Source: an uncultured Clostridia bacterium
GTDB lineage: Bacteria > Bacillota > Clostridia > TANB77 > CAG-508
Direction: 5' to 3'
Assembly (NCBI GenBank): GCA_934133165.1
Contig: CAKPAW010000001.1
Span: 238,873-302,872 of the forward strand
Length of the DNA stretch: 64,000 nt
Below are positions 29,202-39,268 of the stretch, piece by piece (positions within the stretch are counted from its first letter, which is position 1; the number at the start of each line of letters is the position of its first letter). The notes beneath the pieces were generated by a model that searched no databases, was not told the DNA's origin, and saw only the letters and a program-made list of their open reading frames with translations. The translations under genes were made by a program, and so were the position numbers.

Positions 29202-31841
29202 TTATATTGTTTTTTCTTCATGTTTATATATTACTTTTCCAAATTTAAATTCATTAAATTTCTTTTGTATTTCCATTATAACTATTGGCATTATAGATAT
29301 TAATGTTGTATACATCCATTGTGTTTTATTTAATGGAACTAATTTAAATATTTCTGCTACAGGAGGAATAATTACTACTCCTACTTGCATAATCAAACCT
29401 AAAATAAATGCTCCTGCAAGATATTTGTTTTCTAAAATCCCTGTCTTAAATATTGATTCTTCTGTTTTGATATTAAAGCTATGCACAAGTTCTAACATTC
29501 CAAGTGATACAAATGCCATTGTTCTACCTACTTCTAAACTATATAAATTATTTCCTATGCTAAACGCAAATAATGTAAGTATTCCTAACATTATTCCTTC
29601 TACAAATATCTTTTCCCACATGCCATCTGCAAATAGTGCTTTGTTTGAATCTACTGGTTTTCTGTTCATTATGTTTGGTTCTGGCTTTTCTAACCCAAGT
29701 GCAATTGCTGGAAAGGAATCTGTTACTAAGTTTATCCAAAGTAATTGTATTGCAAGAAGTGGTGATTTTAATCCTAATACAATTCCCATAAAAATTGTTA
29801 CTATTTCTCCTATATTAGTAGAAATTAAGAAATGTATTGCTTTCCTTATATTATCAAAAATATTTCTTCCTTGTTTTACTGCTTCTACTATAGTTACAAA
29901 ATTATCATCTGCTAATACCATATCTGCTGCATTTTTAGCAACATCTGTACCATTTTTTCCCATTGCTACACCAATATCTGCATTTTTTAGTGCTGGTGCA
30001 TCATTTACTCCATCACCTGTCATTGCAACAACTGCTCCTGTACTTTGAAATGCCTTTACTATTCTAACTTTATGTTCTGGTGATACTCTTGCAAAAACCG
30101 AATAATTCATAATGTCTCTTTCTAGTTCTTTTTGACCTATTTTATCTAATTCTGCTCCTGTTATAGCCTTATCTCTCATTTTTAGTATTCCAAGTTCTTT
30201 TGCTATCGCTTTTGCAGTTGTTATATGGTCTCCTGTTATCATAACCGTTTTTATTCCTGCTCTTCTACATGTTGTAACAGCTTCCTTTACACCTTCTCTT
30301 GGAGGATCTATCATTCCTATTAGTCCCACGAAAATTAGATTATTTTCTATTTCTTTACTCTCTATATTTGTAGGAATTCTTTCTATTTCCCTGTAACAAA
30401 TTGCTATTACTCTTAATGCTTTTTCTGCCATTTTGTTATTTGCTTCTTCTATATTCCTTCTTACACTACTATCCATAGGAACTATTGTATTTTCTTTTTT
30501 ATAATACAAACATTTTCCTAAAATAATGTCTGGTGCACCTTTTGTAATAACCATATATGAATTATTGTTTTTATGAATTGTAGACATCATTTTTCTACTA
30601 GATTCAAAAGGAATATCTGCAACTCTTTTATTCATTTTGTACATTTCAAATTTATCTATATTATCTTTTAAAGAATCCTCTACTAAAGCTACCTCTGTTG
30701 GCTCTCCTACTGCTTTTTTCTTACCATTTTCATAACTTATTTGAGTATCTGTACACATACATGCAAATGTTTTTAATTCTCTTTTACCTGCTCCTAAAGT
30801 ATAATGCTCTACAACTTGCATTTTATTTTGTGTTAATGTTCCCGTTTTATCTGAACATATAACACTACTACTTCCTAGTGTTTCTACTGCTGGCAATTTT
30901 CTTATTATTGCATTTTTTCTTGCCATTTTTGTAACACCTATTGAAAGCATTATTGTAACGACTGCTGGAAGACCTTCTGGAATTGCAGCAACAGCAAGTC
31001 CTACTGAAGTCATAAACATTTCCATTGCTGGTATTTTCTTAAATATTCCTATTATAAAAATAAATAAGCAAATTACTAAACAACCTATTCCTAATGATTT
31101 TCCCACTCCTGCTAACTTCTTTTGTATAGGTGTTTGTGGTGCTTCATTTGTTATAATCATTCCTGCTATTTTACCAACTTTAGTATTCATTCCAGTTTCT
31201 GTAACTATTGCTTCTCCATGTCCATTTACTATTATAGTTGAAGAAAACACCATATTGATCATATCACCTAGTGTTTGTTCTTTATTTAAAATAACATTTG
31301 CATCTTTTAAGACTGGAAGCGTCTCTCCCGTTAAACTAGATTCTTCTACTTTTAAATTTGAGCATGAAATAAGTCTTGCATCTGCTGGCACATAATTTCC
31401 TGCCTCTAATAAGATTATATCTCCTGGAACAACTTCATTTGCTGAAATAGTTTCTACTTTTCCATTTCTTCTTACTTTTGCAACAGGTGCAGTCATATTT
31501 TTTAATGCTTCTAAAGATTTTTCTGCCTTTGCTTCTTGAATTAATCCCATTATCGCATTAAATACTACAATAGCAATAATTATAATAGAATCTATGTAAT
31601 CATTTTCGCCATTCATTTTGGTAATTATTGCTGAAATTATAGAAGCTATGATTAATATAATTATCATAAAATCATTAAATTGTTTTATAAATTTTATAAA
31701 AATATTTTCTTTCTTTTTATTTGCCAGCTTATTTTCTCCAAAATGTTCTAGTCTTTTTTTAGCTTCTTCTGTCTCAATTCCATAAAGTTTGTTTGTCCTA
31801 AAGTTTTTCTCAATTTCTTCTATTTCCTTAGTATGCCACAT
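29202..31841 (-). CDS. P-type calcium-transporting ATPase (P2 type)
   Basis: DKTGTLT phosphorylation motif, TGDN/GDGVNDAPAL hinge, 10 TM helices. Confidence 0.85.
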   Translation of the reverse strand: MWHTKEIEEIEKNFRTNKLYGIETEEAKKRLEHFGENKLANKKKENIFIKFIKQFNDFMIIILIIASIISAIITKMNGENDYIDSIIIIAIVVFNAIMGLIQEAKAEKSLEALKNMTAPVAKVRRNGKVETISANEVVPGDIILLEAGNYVPADARLISCSNLKVEESSLTGETLPVLKDANVILNKEQTLGDMINMVFSSTIIVNGHGEAIVTETGMNTKVGKIAGMIITNEAPQTPIQKKLAGVGKSLGIGCLVICLFIFIIGIFKKIPAMEMFMTSVGLAVAAIPEGLPAVVTIMLSIGVTKMARKNAIIRKLPAVETLGSSSVICSDKTGTLTQNKMQVVEHYTLGAGKRELKTFACMCTDTQISYENGKKKAVGEPTEVALVEDSLKDNIDKFEMYKMNKRVADIPFESSRKMMSTIHKNNNSYMVITKGAPDIILGKCLYYKKENTIVPMDSSVRRNIEEANNKMAEKALRVIAICYREIERIPTNIESKEIENNLIFVGLIGMIDPPREGVKEAVTTCRRAGIKTVMITGDHITTAKAIAKELGILKMRDKAITGAELDKIGQKELERDIMNYSVFARVSPEHKVRIVKAFQSTGAVVAMTGDGVNDAPALKNADIGVAMGKNGTDVAKNAADMVLADDNFVTIVEAVKQGRNIFDNIRKAIHFLISTNIGEIVTIFMGIVLGLKSPLLAIQLLWINLVTDSFPAIALGLEKPEPNIMNRKPVDSNKALFADGMWEKIFVEGIMLGILTLFAFSIGNNLYSLEVGRTMAFVSLGMLELVHSFNIKTEESIFKTGILENKYLAGAFILGLIMQVGVVIIPPVAEIFKLVPLNKTQWMYTTLISIMPIVIMEIQKKFNEFKFGKVIYKHEEKTI

Positions 31842-31928
31842 AAAAAAACACTCTCCTTTGTTAATTAAAAATTCATACTAATATATATGCACTTGTCCAT
31901 ATTTTATTCTTAAATTTTAAGAACACAT

Positions 31929-31968
31929 AAAAAAAACGAGAAAAACTCTAAATTGAATTTTTCCTCGT
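31929..31968 (-). terminator. smc terminator
   Basis: acgag(g)aaaaa/tttttctcgt stem, then T7 on the minus strand. Confidence 0.5.
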
Positions 31969-31978
31969 TTCTGTTTTT

Positions 31979-32010
31979 TAAATTTTTAAGCCCGTCCCTA
32001 AAATTTACTT
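31979..32010. repeat. family Z conserved 3' flank, identical to 16656-16687
   Basis: 32/32 identity; overlaps the smc stop codon. Confidence 0.6.
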
Positions 32011-35000
32011 TTGTGACAATTTCATTGAAAGAAGTTTACTTATACCATTTTCCTCCATTGTTACTCCATAAACTGTATCTGCCGCTTCCATAGTACCCTT
32101 TCTATGAGTAATAACTAAGAATTGTGTTTCTTTACTAAACTTTTTCAAATATTCTGCATATCTGTATACATTAACATCATCTAGTGCTGCTTCAATTTCG
32201 TCTAATATACAGAATGGTGCAGGATTTATTTTTAATATTGCAAACAATAATGCTATTGCTGTAAATGCTTTTTCACCACCAGATAGAAGCATCATATTTT
32301 GAAGTTTCTTTCCTGTTGGTTGTGCTTGAATATCTATTCCACACTCTAATATGTTTGATTCATCTTGTAATATAAGTTCTGCTTTTCCTCCACCAAACAA
32401 TTCAACAAATACTTCATTAAAGTTTTTATTTATTATTGCAAATTTTTCTGCAAATTGAGTTTTCATTGTTTCTGTCATTTCTGAAATCATTTTTCTTAAT
32501 TTAGCACTTGTATTTTCTAAATCTAGGCGTTGTTCACTCATAAAATCATAACGTTCTTTTGTCTTCTTGTATTCTTCAATTGAGTCTACATTTATACTTC
32601 CTAAATTTTTAATTTGATTACGCAAACTATGCACTTGTTTTTGTGCAACTGCTATATTAGTTGGTCTTTCATATTCTTCTGCATTATTAGGAGTTATTTC
32701 ATACTCTTCCCAAAGATGATTTACAAGTTGCTCCTTATCTTGCTCTAGTTTAGTTTTCTTTACATCTATTTTTACTAGTTGTTCTTTTACATCCTCTAGT
32801 ATTTTAAATTTATCCGTAATATCTTGTTCTAATTTAGCTAATTGCTCATTATTTTTTGTTCTATTTGCTTTTAACTCTTCTACTATTTGAGAACTATTTG
32901 AAACTTCTTGTTTTATCTTTTCTATCTCTTGTTTTGAAGTTTCTATAGAAGTTTCTATTGCATTATTTTCATCTTTAATAGTATTAATTTGAATTTTTTT
33001 GTTGTTTATACTTGTATTGCTATTTTCAATATCTTGGTTAATTCTTTCTATCATTTCGTCTATTGATATATTACTTTCATCAAATGAAGAAACTGATATT
33101 TTTAAATTAGTAATATCAAAGTTTAAATCATCTATATAAGTTTGATTATCTTTATTTGCCTTCGCAAATTCTTCAATTACCATATTTAATTCTTCTATTT
33201 CTTTTGTTAAACTTGCTATTTCATCTTCTTTTTGCTTTTTAACTTCTCTATTTACTTTTTTCTCTTCTTCAATACTTGAAGTCTCTTCTTTTAGCTTATT
33301 TAATCTATTCTCTGCCTTTTCTATATTTTCTTCTATAGAAACCATTTTTTGTTTTTCAGTTGCATATACAATATCAATTTCTTGCATATTCTTTTCTAAT
33401 TCTTCTGATGTCTTTAAAGTAGTTTCAATTGATTTTTCATATTTTTGTTTTTCTTCTTCTAACTCTTGTTTTTGTTTTTCTAGCTTTTTAATTTGTTTTT
33501 CTAAATCCTCGATTTCTCTACCTCTACCTAAAATATTTACTGTTTTAGATATAACACTACCACCAGTAATTGCACCTGTAGGATTAATTAAATCTCCCTT
33601 TAAAGTTACAATTCTAAATTGATAATTGTTCTTTTTAGCTAAAGCAATAGCTGTATTCATATCTTCTACTATAACTATTCTTCCAAGTAAATTTAATACA
33701 ATTTGTTCATACTTGCTTTGATATTTTACTAAATCTGAAGCAATTCCTATAACTCCGTCAATTCCATTTTGTTTAATGTTTTCTATTCTTTTACCTTTTA
33801 CAGATGTAATTGGTAAGAATGATGCTCTTCCTAAATTTCCATTTCTTAAAAATTCTATTAATTTTTTAGCATCTTCTTCTGTATCTGTAATAATATTTTG
33901 AAGTGCTGCACCTAAGCACATTTCTATTGCTATTTCATATTCCTTTGGTGTAGAAATTAAATTTGCTAAAACACCATGCATTCCTTTTTTTAAAGTAGAA
34001 TTTTTCTCACATTCTATAAGTAAATTTTTAATACTCTTTGTGTATCCTTCTTTTTCTTTTTCTGTCTCTATTAAGAATTTAAGTCTAGAATCTTTCATTC
34101 TTGTGTCGTAAATAACATTGTTAATTTTACTATCAAATTCTTTTAATTTTGCTGATGCTTTTTCTTTTTCTTCTTTAATTCTTTCTATTTTAGAAACTGC
34201 ATCGTTTCTCTTAGCTTCAATATCATAAAATCCTTTAGAAAGTTCTTGCTTTTTCATACGAGCACTATCCAACTCAGAAATTGCAGTTTGAATTTCTTGT
34301 TTTATAGTTTTTTGTCTTTTTTCTAAGTTTTCAAAGTTGATATCTTGTGTATTAATTTCAGATGCTACTTCATATTTTTTATCTACATCTTGCTCAACTT
34401 TTTGTTTTTTATCTTCTATCTCTAATTCTTTTGAGGTTAATTTTTTAGTTATTTCTTCTAACTGTGCTTGTTTTTCTGAAAGTTCTTTTTCAAATTTTTC
34501 TCTATTTTGATTTAGTCCTACTTTTTTATCTTGTTTTTGTTTTTTCTCTTCTTCTAACTCTTTTATTTTTTCTGTTATTTCTTCAATTTCCTTTTTAAAT
34601 CGTTCTGCATTTTGTTCATTATTTACTTTTCTTTCTTGCATAACATTAATATCAGAATTAATTTTTTCAATTTTATTTGAACTTTCAAAACCAATATTTT
34701 GCATTTGTTCTATTTTTTCTGTTATTTCGTCTACTTGTGTTTTTAGCTCTTCTTTTAATTGTTTTACTTTTTCAAACTTTTCATTTTCTTCATCATATTG
34801 GTTTTTGAATATCTCTTCATCTTTTATAATTTCTTCTAATTTTGTTTTATATGTTTCTATATTATATAAAAATAAGCCTACTTCAATACCTTTTAATTCT
34901 TCTCTTAAATCTAAAAATTTCTTTGCTTTTTCAGATTGAATTTTTAGTGGTTCTATATTTCCTTCTATTTCGGCCAAAATATCATTTATACGAAGTAAAT

Positions 35001-35568
35001 TTAATTTAGTTTGTTCTAATTTTTTTTCAGATTCTTGTTTTCTTGTTCTGTATTTTACAATTCCCGCAGCCTCTTCAAAAATACGACGTCTATCTTCAGA
35101 TTTGTTACTTAATATTTCATCTATTTTACCTTGTCCAATTATAGAATACCCGTCTTTTCCAATACCTGTATCCATGAATAATTCCAATATATCTTTTAAT
35201 CTACAAGGTGTTTTATTTATAAAGTATCCTGTTTCACCACTTCTATAAATTTTTCTTGTAACAGTTACTTCATTATATTCAATAGGAAGTTTTCCATCTG
35301 AATTATCTATTACTATAGATGCTTCTGCAAAACCTAATGATTTTCTATTTTGTGTTCCAGCAAAAATAATATCAGAAGAAGTAGCACCTCTTAGAGATTT
35401 CATGCTTTGTTCTCCTAATACCCATCTAATACTATCTGATATATTACTCTTTCCAGATCCATTTGGTCCAATTACAGCAGTAATTCCCGGTTTGAATTCT
35501 AACACTGTTTTATCTGCAAAAGATTTAAATCCTTGTAGTTCTAGTCTTTTTAAATACATTTTTTTCAC
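32005..35568 (-). CDS. smc: chromosome segregation protein SMC
   Basis: N-terminal Walker A GPNGSGKSN, long coiled coils, hinge, C-terminal LSGGEKA signature and DE Walker B. Confidence 0.92.
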   Translation of the reverse strand: MKKMYLKRLELQGFKSFADKTVLEFKPGITAVIGPNGSGKSNISDSIRWVLGEQSMKSLRGATSSDIIFAGTQNRKSLGFAEASIVIDNSDGKLPIEYNEVTVTRKIYRSGETGYFINKTPCRLKDILELFMDTGIGKDGYSIIGQGKIDEILSNKSEDRRRIFEEAAGIVKYRTRKQESEKKLEQTKLNLLRINDILAEIEGNIEPLKIQSEKAKKFLDLREELKGIEVGLFLYNIETYKTKLEEIIKDEEIFKNQYDEENEKFEKVKQLKEELKTQVDEITEKIEQMQNIGFESSNKIEKINSDINVMQERKVNNEQNAERFKKEIEEITEKIKELEEEKKQKQDKKVGLNQNREKFEKELSEKQAQLEEITKKLTSKELEIEDKKQKVEQDVDKKYEVASEINTQDINFENLEKRQKTIKQEIQTAISELDSARMKKQELSKGFYDIEAKRNDAVSKIERIKEEKEKASAKLKEFDSKINNVIYDTRMKDSRLKFLIETEKEKEGYTKSIKNLLIECEKNSTLKKGMHGVLANLISTPKEYEIAIEMCLGAALQNIITDTEEDAKKLIEFLRNGNLGRASFLPITSVKGKRIENIKQNGIDGVIGIASDLVKYQSKYEQIVLNLLGRIVIVEDMNTAIALAKKNNYQFRIVTLKGDLINPTGAITGGSVISKTVNILGRGREIEDLEKQIKKLEKQKQELEEEKQKYEKSIETTLKTSEELEKNMQEIDIVYATEKQKMVSIEENIEKAENRLNKLKEETSSIEEEKKVNREVKKQKEDEIASLTKEIEELNMVIEEFAKANKDNQTYIDDLNFDITNLKISVSSFDESNISIDEMIERINQDIENSNTSINNKKIQINTIKDENNAIETSIETSKQEIEKIKQEVSNSSQIVEELKANRTKNNEQLAKLEQDITDKFKILEDVKEQLVKIDVKKTKLEQDKEQLVNHLWEEYEITPNNAEEYERPTNIAVAQKQVHSLRNQIKNLGSINVDSIEEYKKTKERYDFMSEQRLDLENTSAKLRKMISEMTETMKTQFAEKFAIINKNFNEVFVELFGGGKAELILQDESNILECGIDIQAQPTGKKLQNMMLLSGGEKAFTAIALLFAILKINPAPFCILDEIEAALDDVNVYRYAEYLKKFSKETQFLVITHRKGTMEAADTVYGVTMEENGISKLLSMKLSQK

Positions 35569-35719
35569 CCTTACTTGCTTTTTATAAATTTCGCTATAAT
35601 ATGCTAAAATTATATATTTTTAGCATATTTTTGTCAAGTTTCTTTTGGCTACTTATTGCATTATATTTTTGCTTGTGTTAATATGTATTTGATATTTAAT
35701 ATATAAAGGGGTCTAACAA

Positions 35720-36664
35720 ATGAATAATGGAAAAATAGATTTTTATAGTTCAACCAATTTAAAATCATATAACTTAGATGATGTAATGAAGTATCAATTA
35801 TCAATGCTTGATAGATTAGATGTATTTACAAGACGACATAGTGAAAATGTAGCTAACTTAGTATGCCGTATTTGTGAATATTTACATTGTAAAAAATATT
35901 TTACCATTCATGCTACAATTTGTGGCTATTTACACGATATTGGAAAATTATTTATACCACCTGAGATATTAAATAAACCTGATCGTCTAACACCTGAAGA
36001 ATATGAAGTTATAAAAACGCATACTACTTTAGGTTATGAAATGTGTATGAAAGATATAAAATTAAGACCATATGCAGAAGGTCCTTTATATCATCATGAA
36101 GCATTAAATGGAACTGGCTATCCTCAAGGTTTAACCAAAGACGACATCCCATATGTAGCTCAAATTATACGTGTTGCAGATGAATATGATGCAATTGTTA
36201 CCAAAAGACAATATACTACTCACATTAATATTTCTGAAACATTAAAAGAGTTAATGCATGATGCTAGACCAATAGATTATATGAAAACAGTAGCTTTAGA
36301 CTCTTTAAAGCAAAATTATAGTGTAGGTAAAATTAATAGTAAGGCTTTAAAAGCACTATTTAAAGTTGTTATAGATGATACTTTATATGAAATAAGTTGT
36401 GTAATGGACTACATTAAATATTTAAAAGAACAAGTAAAGCGTTTAGAAGAAATACAAAAATATGATATGAAAAGTCAAAAAGCAAAAAAAGATAAGGAAA
36501 AAGAATATTATAGAGAAGGAATGAAAATGTTATTCCAAAGTGGTGAAAATTTTGATAATTATGAACAAGTTTTATCTGAATATCGCCAAGCAATTATTAC
36601 TCGTGAAGACGTAAAAGCAAAATTGTACAATGAAATTGATATAATAAAAAAATTGAAAATTTAA
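35720..36664 (+). CDS. HD-GYP domain phosphohydrolase
   Basis: HDIGK metal-binding motif and HHEALNGTGYP. Confidence 0.75.
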   Translation: MNNGKIDFYSSTNLKSYNLDDVMKYQLSMLDRLDVFTRRHSENVANLVCRICEYLHCKKYFTIHATICGYLHDIGKLFIPPEILNKPDRLTPEEYEVIKTHTTLGYEMCMKDIKLRPYAEGPLYHHEALNGTGYPQGLTKDDIPYVAQIIRVADEYDAIVTKRQYTTHINISETLKELMHDARPIDYMKTVALDSLKQNYSVGKINSKALKALFKVVIDDTLYEISCVMDYIKYLKEQVKRLEEIQKYDMKSQKAKKDKEKEYYREGMKMLFQSGENFDNYEQVLSEYRQAIITREDVKAKLYNEIDIIKKLKI

Positions 36665-36667
36665 GCT

Positions 36668-36840
36668 CCAAAGGGGACGTTTCCTAAAGGTTAATCTGTC
36701 CCTTTTGGAATACTTATTAAAAGTCAAATATAAGAGTATATATATTATTTGAAATACTGTGGTATAAAAATAATATATATACTCTTAATTTATTTTACAC
36801 CCAAAGGGACAGATTAACCTTTAGGAAACGTCCCCTTTGG
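36668..36840. repeat. composite palindrome of about 175 bp: two inverted family-X hairpin units flanking an internally palindromic AT-rich core
   Basis: Left unit 36668-36708 and right unit 36801-36840 are reverse complements. Each is a ccaaaRgggac...gtcccYtttgg hairpin with a conserved 19-nt loop. The core carries taagagtatatatattatt / aataatatatatactctta. Confidence 0.65.
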
Positions 36841-36844
36841 TAAT

Positions 36845-37192
36845 TTAATCTAATCCGAAACTTACACCTAAAGCATTATTAATTTTGTTCATTACTGTAT
36901 CGTCATTAATATGTCCTATTTTTTCTTTTAGTCTACTTTTATCTATTGTTCTTATTTGTTCTGCAAGAACCACTGAATCTGCCTTTAATCCACTATTTTC
37001 TATTGCTAATTCTATATGAGTTGGCAACTTATTTTTCCCAGTTTGTGAGGTAATTGCAGCAGCAATTACTGTTGGACTATGTTTATTTCCTATATCATTT
37101 TGAATAATAACAACTGGTCTTATTCCACCTTGTTCAGAACCTACAACTGGACTTAAATCTGCATAAAACATATCTCCTCTTCTTATCATCAT
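36845..37192 (-). CDS. mazF: MazF/PemK-family endoribonuclease toxin, EndoA-like
   Basis: [36 protein letters not shown]..., near-identical in pattern to B. subtilis EndoA (NdoA). Confidence 0.85.
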   Translation of the reverse strand: MMIRRGDMFYADLSPVVGSEQGGIRPVVIIQNDIGNKHSPTVIAAAITSQTGKNKLPTHIELAIENSGLKADSVVLAEQIRTIDKSRLKEKIGHINDDTVMNKINNALGVSFGLD

Positions 37193-37263
37193 TTGTCTAT
37201 CACTCCCACTATTTTTCCGTATCGAAAGTTCTTTTAAGATATATTTTAAATATTAATAAATAT

Positions 37264-37872
37264 TTAAGAGATTGTTATCTCAGTATATAATATGTAGACT
37301 AGCATCTTTTTGTTAATATCTTCTATTTGCAATTTAGTAGGTTTCCCTGTTTTCTTATCTATATATAATTTTTTATAAGTATTATATGGATTTTCTGTAT
37401 TACTTACTTCTAATACTATTTCATTTTCTTTACTATTTACCTTTTTATTACTACTCTCTTTAAATTCTTCTATAAAAGAATTCAGCCATAATCTGTTTTC
37501 TACAACATATTGATAATTTTGAAAAGTAGTTTCTAAATTTAGTTTATTATTCCTAATTTTCAGGTTCGTTCCGTCATATTCGGTTATTACTCCTGCTATA
37601 TTTTCTGGCTCTAATACTTCCTGCGTGGATTTTTCATTTTCTACTTTTTGACTTACAACATATTTGTTTGTATTTTTATTTGTCTCAATACTAACATCTA
37701 ATTTCGCACTATAAGATTTAATATTTAAAATAGAATCTACAATTTGTTCTTCCGATTTGTTAATTATAGTGTTTCCAACTTTTCCATTTTTATAATATAA
37801 AATCAAAAAAATTGAAACTAAAATGATAATTAAAATTATACTAAAAATTACTATTAGCTTTTTCGCTTTCAT
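37264..37872 (-). CDS. membrane-anchored hypothetical protein (202 aa) just upstream of mazF
   Basis: N-terminal TM; no antitoxin-like features. Confidence 0.45.
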   Translation of the reverse strand: MKAKKLIVIFSIILIIILVSIFLILYYKNGKVGNTIINKSEEQIVDSILNIKSYSAKLDVSIETNKNTNKYVVSQKVENEKSTQEVLEPENIAGVITEYDGTNLKIRNNKLNLETTFQNYQYVVENRLWLNSFIEEFKESSNKKVNSKENEIVLEVSNTENPYNTYKKLYIDKKTGKPTKLQIEDINKKMLVYILYTEITIS

Positions 37873-37969
37873 ATAATTCCTCTCTTTCTATAAAAAATTT
37901 CAAAATTTTTAATATTATTTTGCATAAGAAAATTATCTTTTATCAAATAACTTTCATACAATAATAAAA

Positions 37970-38117
37970 AACCAGAATCAAGATTTTGTACGCAGTGCAA
38001 ACTTCTACAAAATCTAATTTCTGCCATATTTATCTTCTACAGAAATTTATCATACTATGATAAATTTCTTAGAATATAAAAAAGAATAGGTATTTATTTA
38101 CCTATTCTTTTTTTATT
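37970..38117. repeat. copy 2 of the terminator-associated dyad repeat, immediately downstream of dusB
   Basis: Hairpin A (agattttgta...tacaaaatct), the 39-bp dyad and a terminator hairpin (gaataggta...tacctattc plus T-run). Confidence 0.7.
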
Positions 38118-38124
38118 ATATTCT

Positions 38125-39093
38125 TTACATATTAAAGTATTCTTTTAGACAAGTTTCTAATTCTTTTTTAGTTTCGATTTTATTAATTTTTTCTCTCAGT
38201 GTAGTCGCATTTGGCATATTTTTAATATATGCTGACATATGCTTTCTTAATTCTTTAATTCCAACTACTTCACCTTTTTCTTCTACTTCCCACTCTATAT
38301 GTTTTAAAATTGTTTGTAATTTTTCTTCTTTAGATATTTCTCTTGTTCCTTCTCCTTTTAAATACGAAATTATTTCTTCAAAAATCCATGGATTACCTAG
38401 GCTTGCTCTACCTATCATTATGCCATCTACTCCAGTTTGTTTAAACATTTCAAATGCGTCTTCTTTGCTTTTTATATCTCCATTTCCTATAACAGGAATA
38501 CTAACTGCTTGTTTTACTTCTCTTATAATATCCCAATCTGCTTTTCCTGAATAAAACTCTTCTCTAGTTCTTCCATGAATTATAATAGCAGACGCTCCCA
38601 TTTTTTCTATTATTTTTGCTGCCTCTACTGCTACTATATTTTCTTCATTCCAGCCTTTTCTCATTTTCACTGTAACAGGAACTGTTGACTTTTCTACTAC
38701 TTCTTTTACAATTTTTTCTACTAATTCTAAGTCTAATAACAATCTACTTCCATCACCATTTTTTACAACTTTTGGTGCTGGACATCCCATATTTATATCT
38801 ACAATATCCGCTAACTTTGAAATATATTCTGCTGCATACCCCATAGTCTCTACATCACTTCCGAAAATTTGCATAGATATAGGTCTTTTTTCTTCTTTCG
38901 TATCCAATAGTAGTTTTGTTTTATCATCTTTATAGTACAAACCTTTACTACTTACCATTTCTGTGCATACTAAACCAGCCCCATATTCTTTGCAAACTCT
39001 TCTAAACGCTTTATCTGTTATTCCGGCCATTGGAGCTAAAATAATATTATTTTCAATTGTTACATTCCCTATTTTCAATTCTTTTAAGTACAT
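38125..39093 (-). CDS. dusB: tRNA-dihydrouridine synthase
   Basis: ILAPMAGITDKAFRRVCKEYGAGLVCTEMVS Dus signature. Confidence 0.85.
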   Translation of the reverse strand: MYLKELKIGNVTIENNIILAPMAGITDKAFRRVCKEYGAGLVCTEMVSSKGLYYKDDKTKLLLDTKEEKRPISMQIFGSDVETMGYAAEYISKLADIVDINMGCPAPKVVKNGDGSRLLLDLELVEKIVKEVVEKSTVPVTVKMRKGWNEENIVAVEAAKIIEKMGASAIIIHGRTREEFYSGKADWDIIREVKQAVSIPVIGNGDIKSKEDAFEMFKQTGVDGIMIGRASLGNPWIFEEIISYLKGEGTREISKEEKLQTILKHIEWEVEEKGEVVGIKELRKHMSAYIKNMPNATTLREKINKIETKKELETCLKEYFNM

Positions 39094-39113
39094 ATATTTT
39101 CCTCTTTATCTAT

Positions 39114-39259
39114 AAGAAGAACATGTGAGTTTTTCATGTTCTTCTTTATTTATATTCTAGGAAAGTTATCATAGTATGATAACTTTCTGTAGAAGATAAA
39201 TATGGCAGAAATTAGATTTTGTAGCAGTTTGCACTGCGTACAAAATCTTGATTCTGGTT
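39114..39259. repeat. copy 3 of the dyad repeat, inverted relative to copy 2, between the rodA stop and the dusB start
   Basis: About 96% identical to the reverse complement of copy 2 over roughly 115 bp. The dyad substitutions are compensatory (GAAAGTTATCATA / TATGATAACTTTC here versus GAAATTTATCATA / TATGATAAATTTC in copy 2). Confidence 0.7.
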
Positions 39260-39268
39260 ATTTATATT

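Noticed and set aside
29158-30048. 296-aa plus-strand ORF
   Set aside because: It is wholly antisense to the P-type ATPase gene, whose product has all catalytic motifs. It is a shadow ORF.
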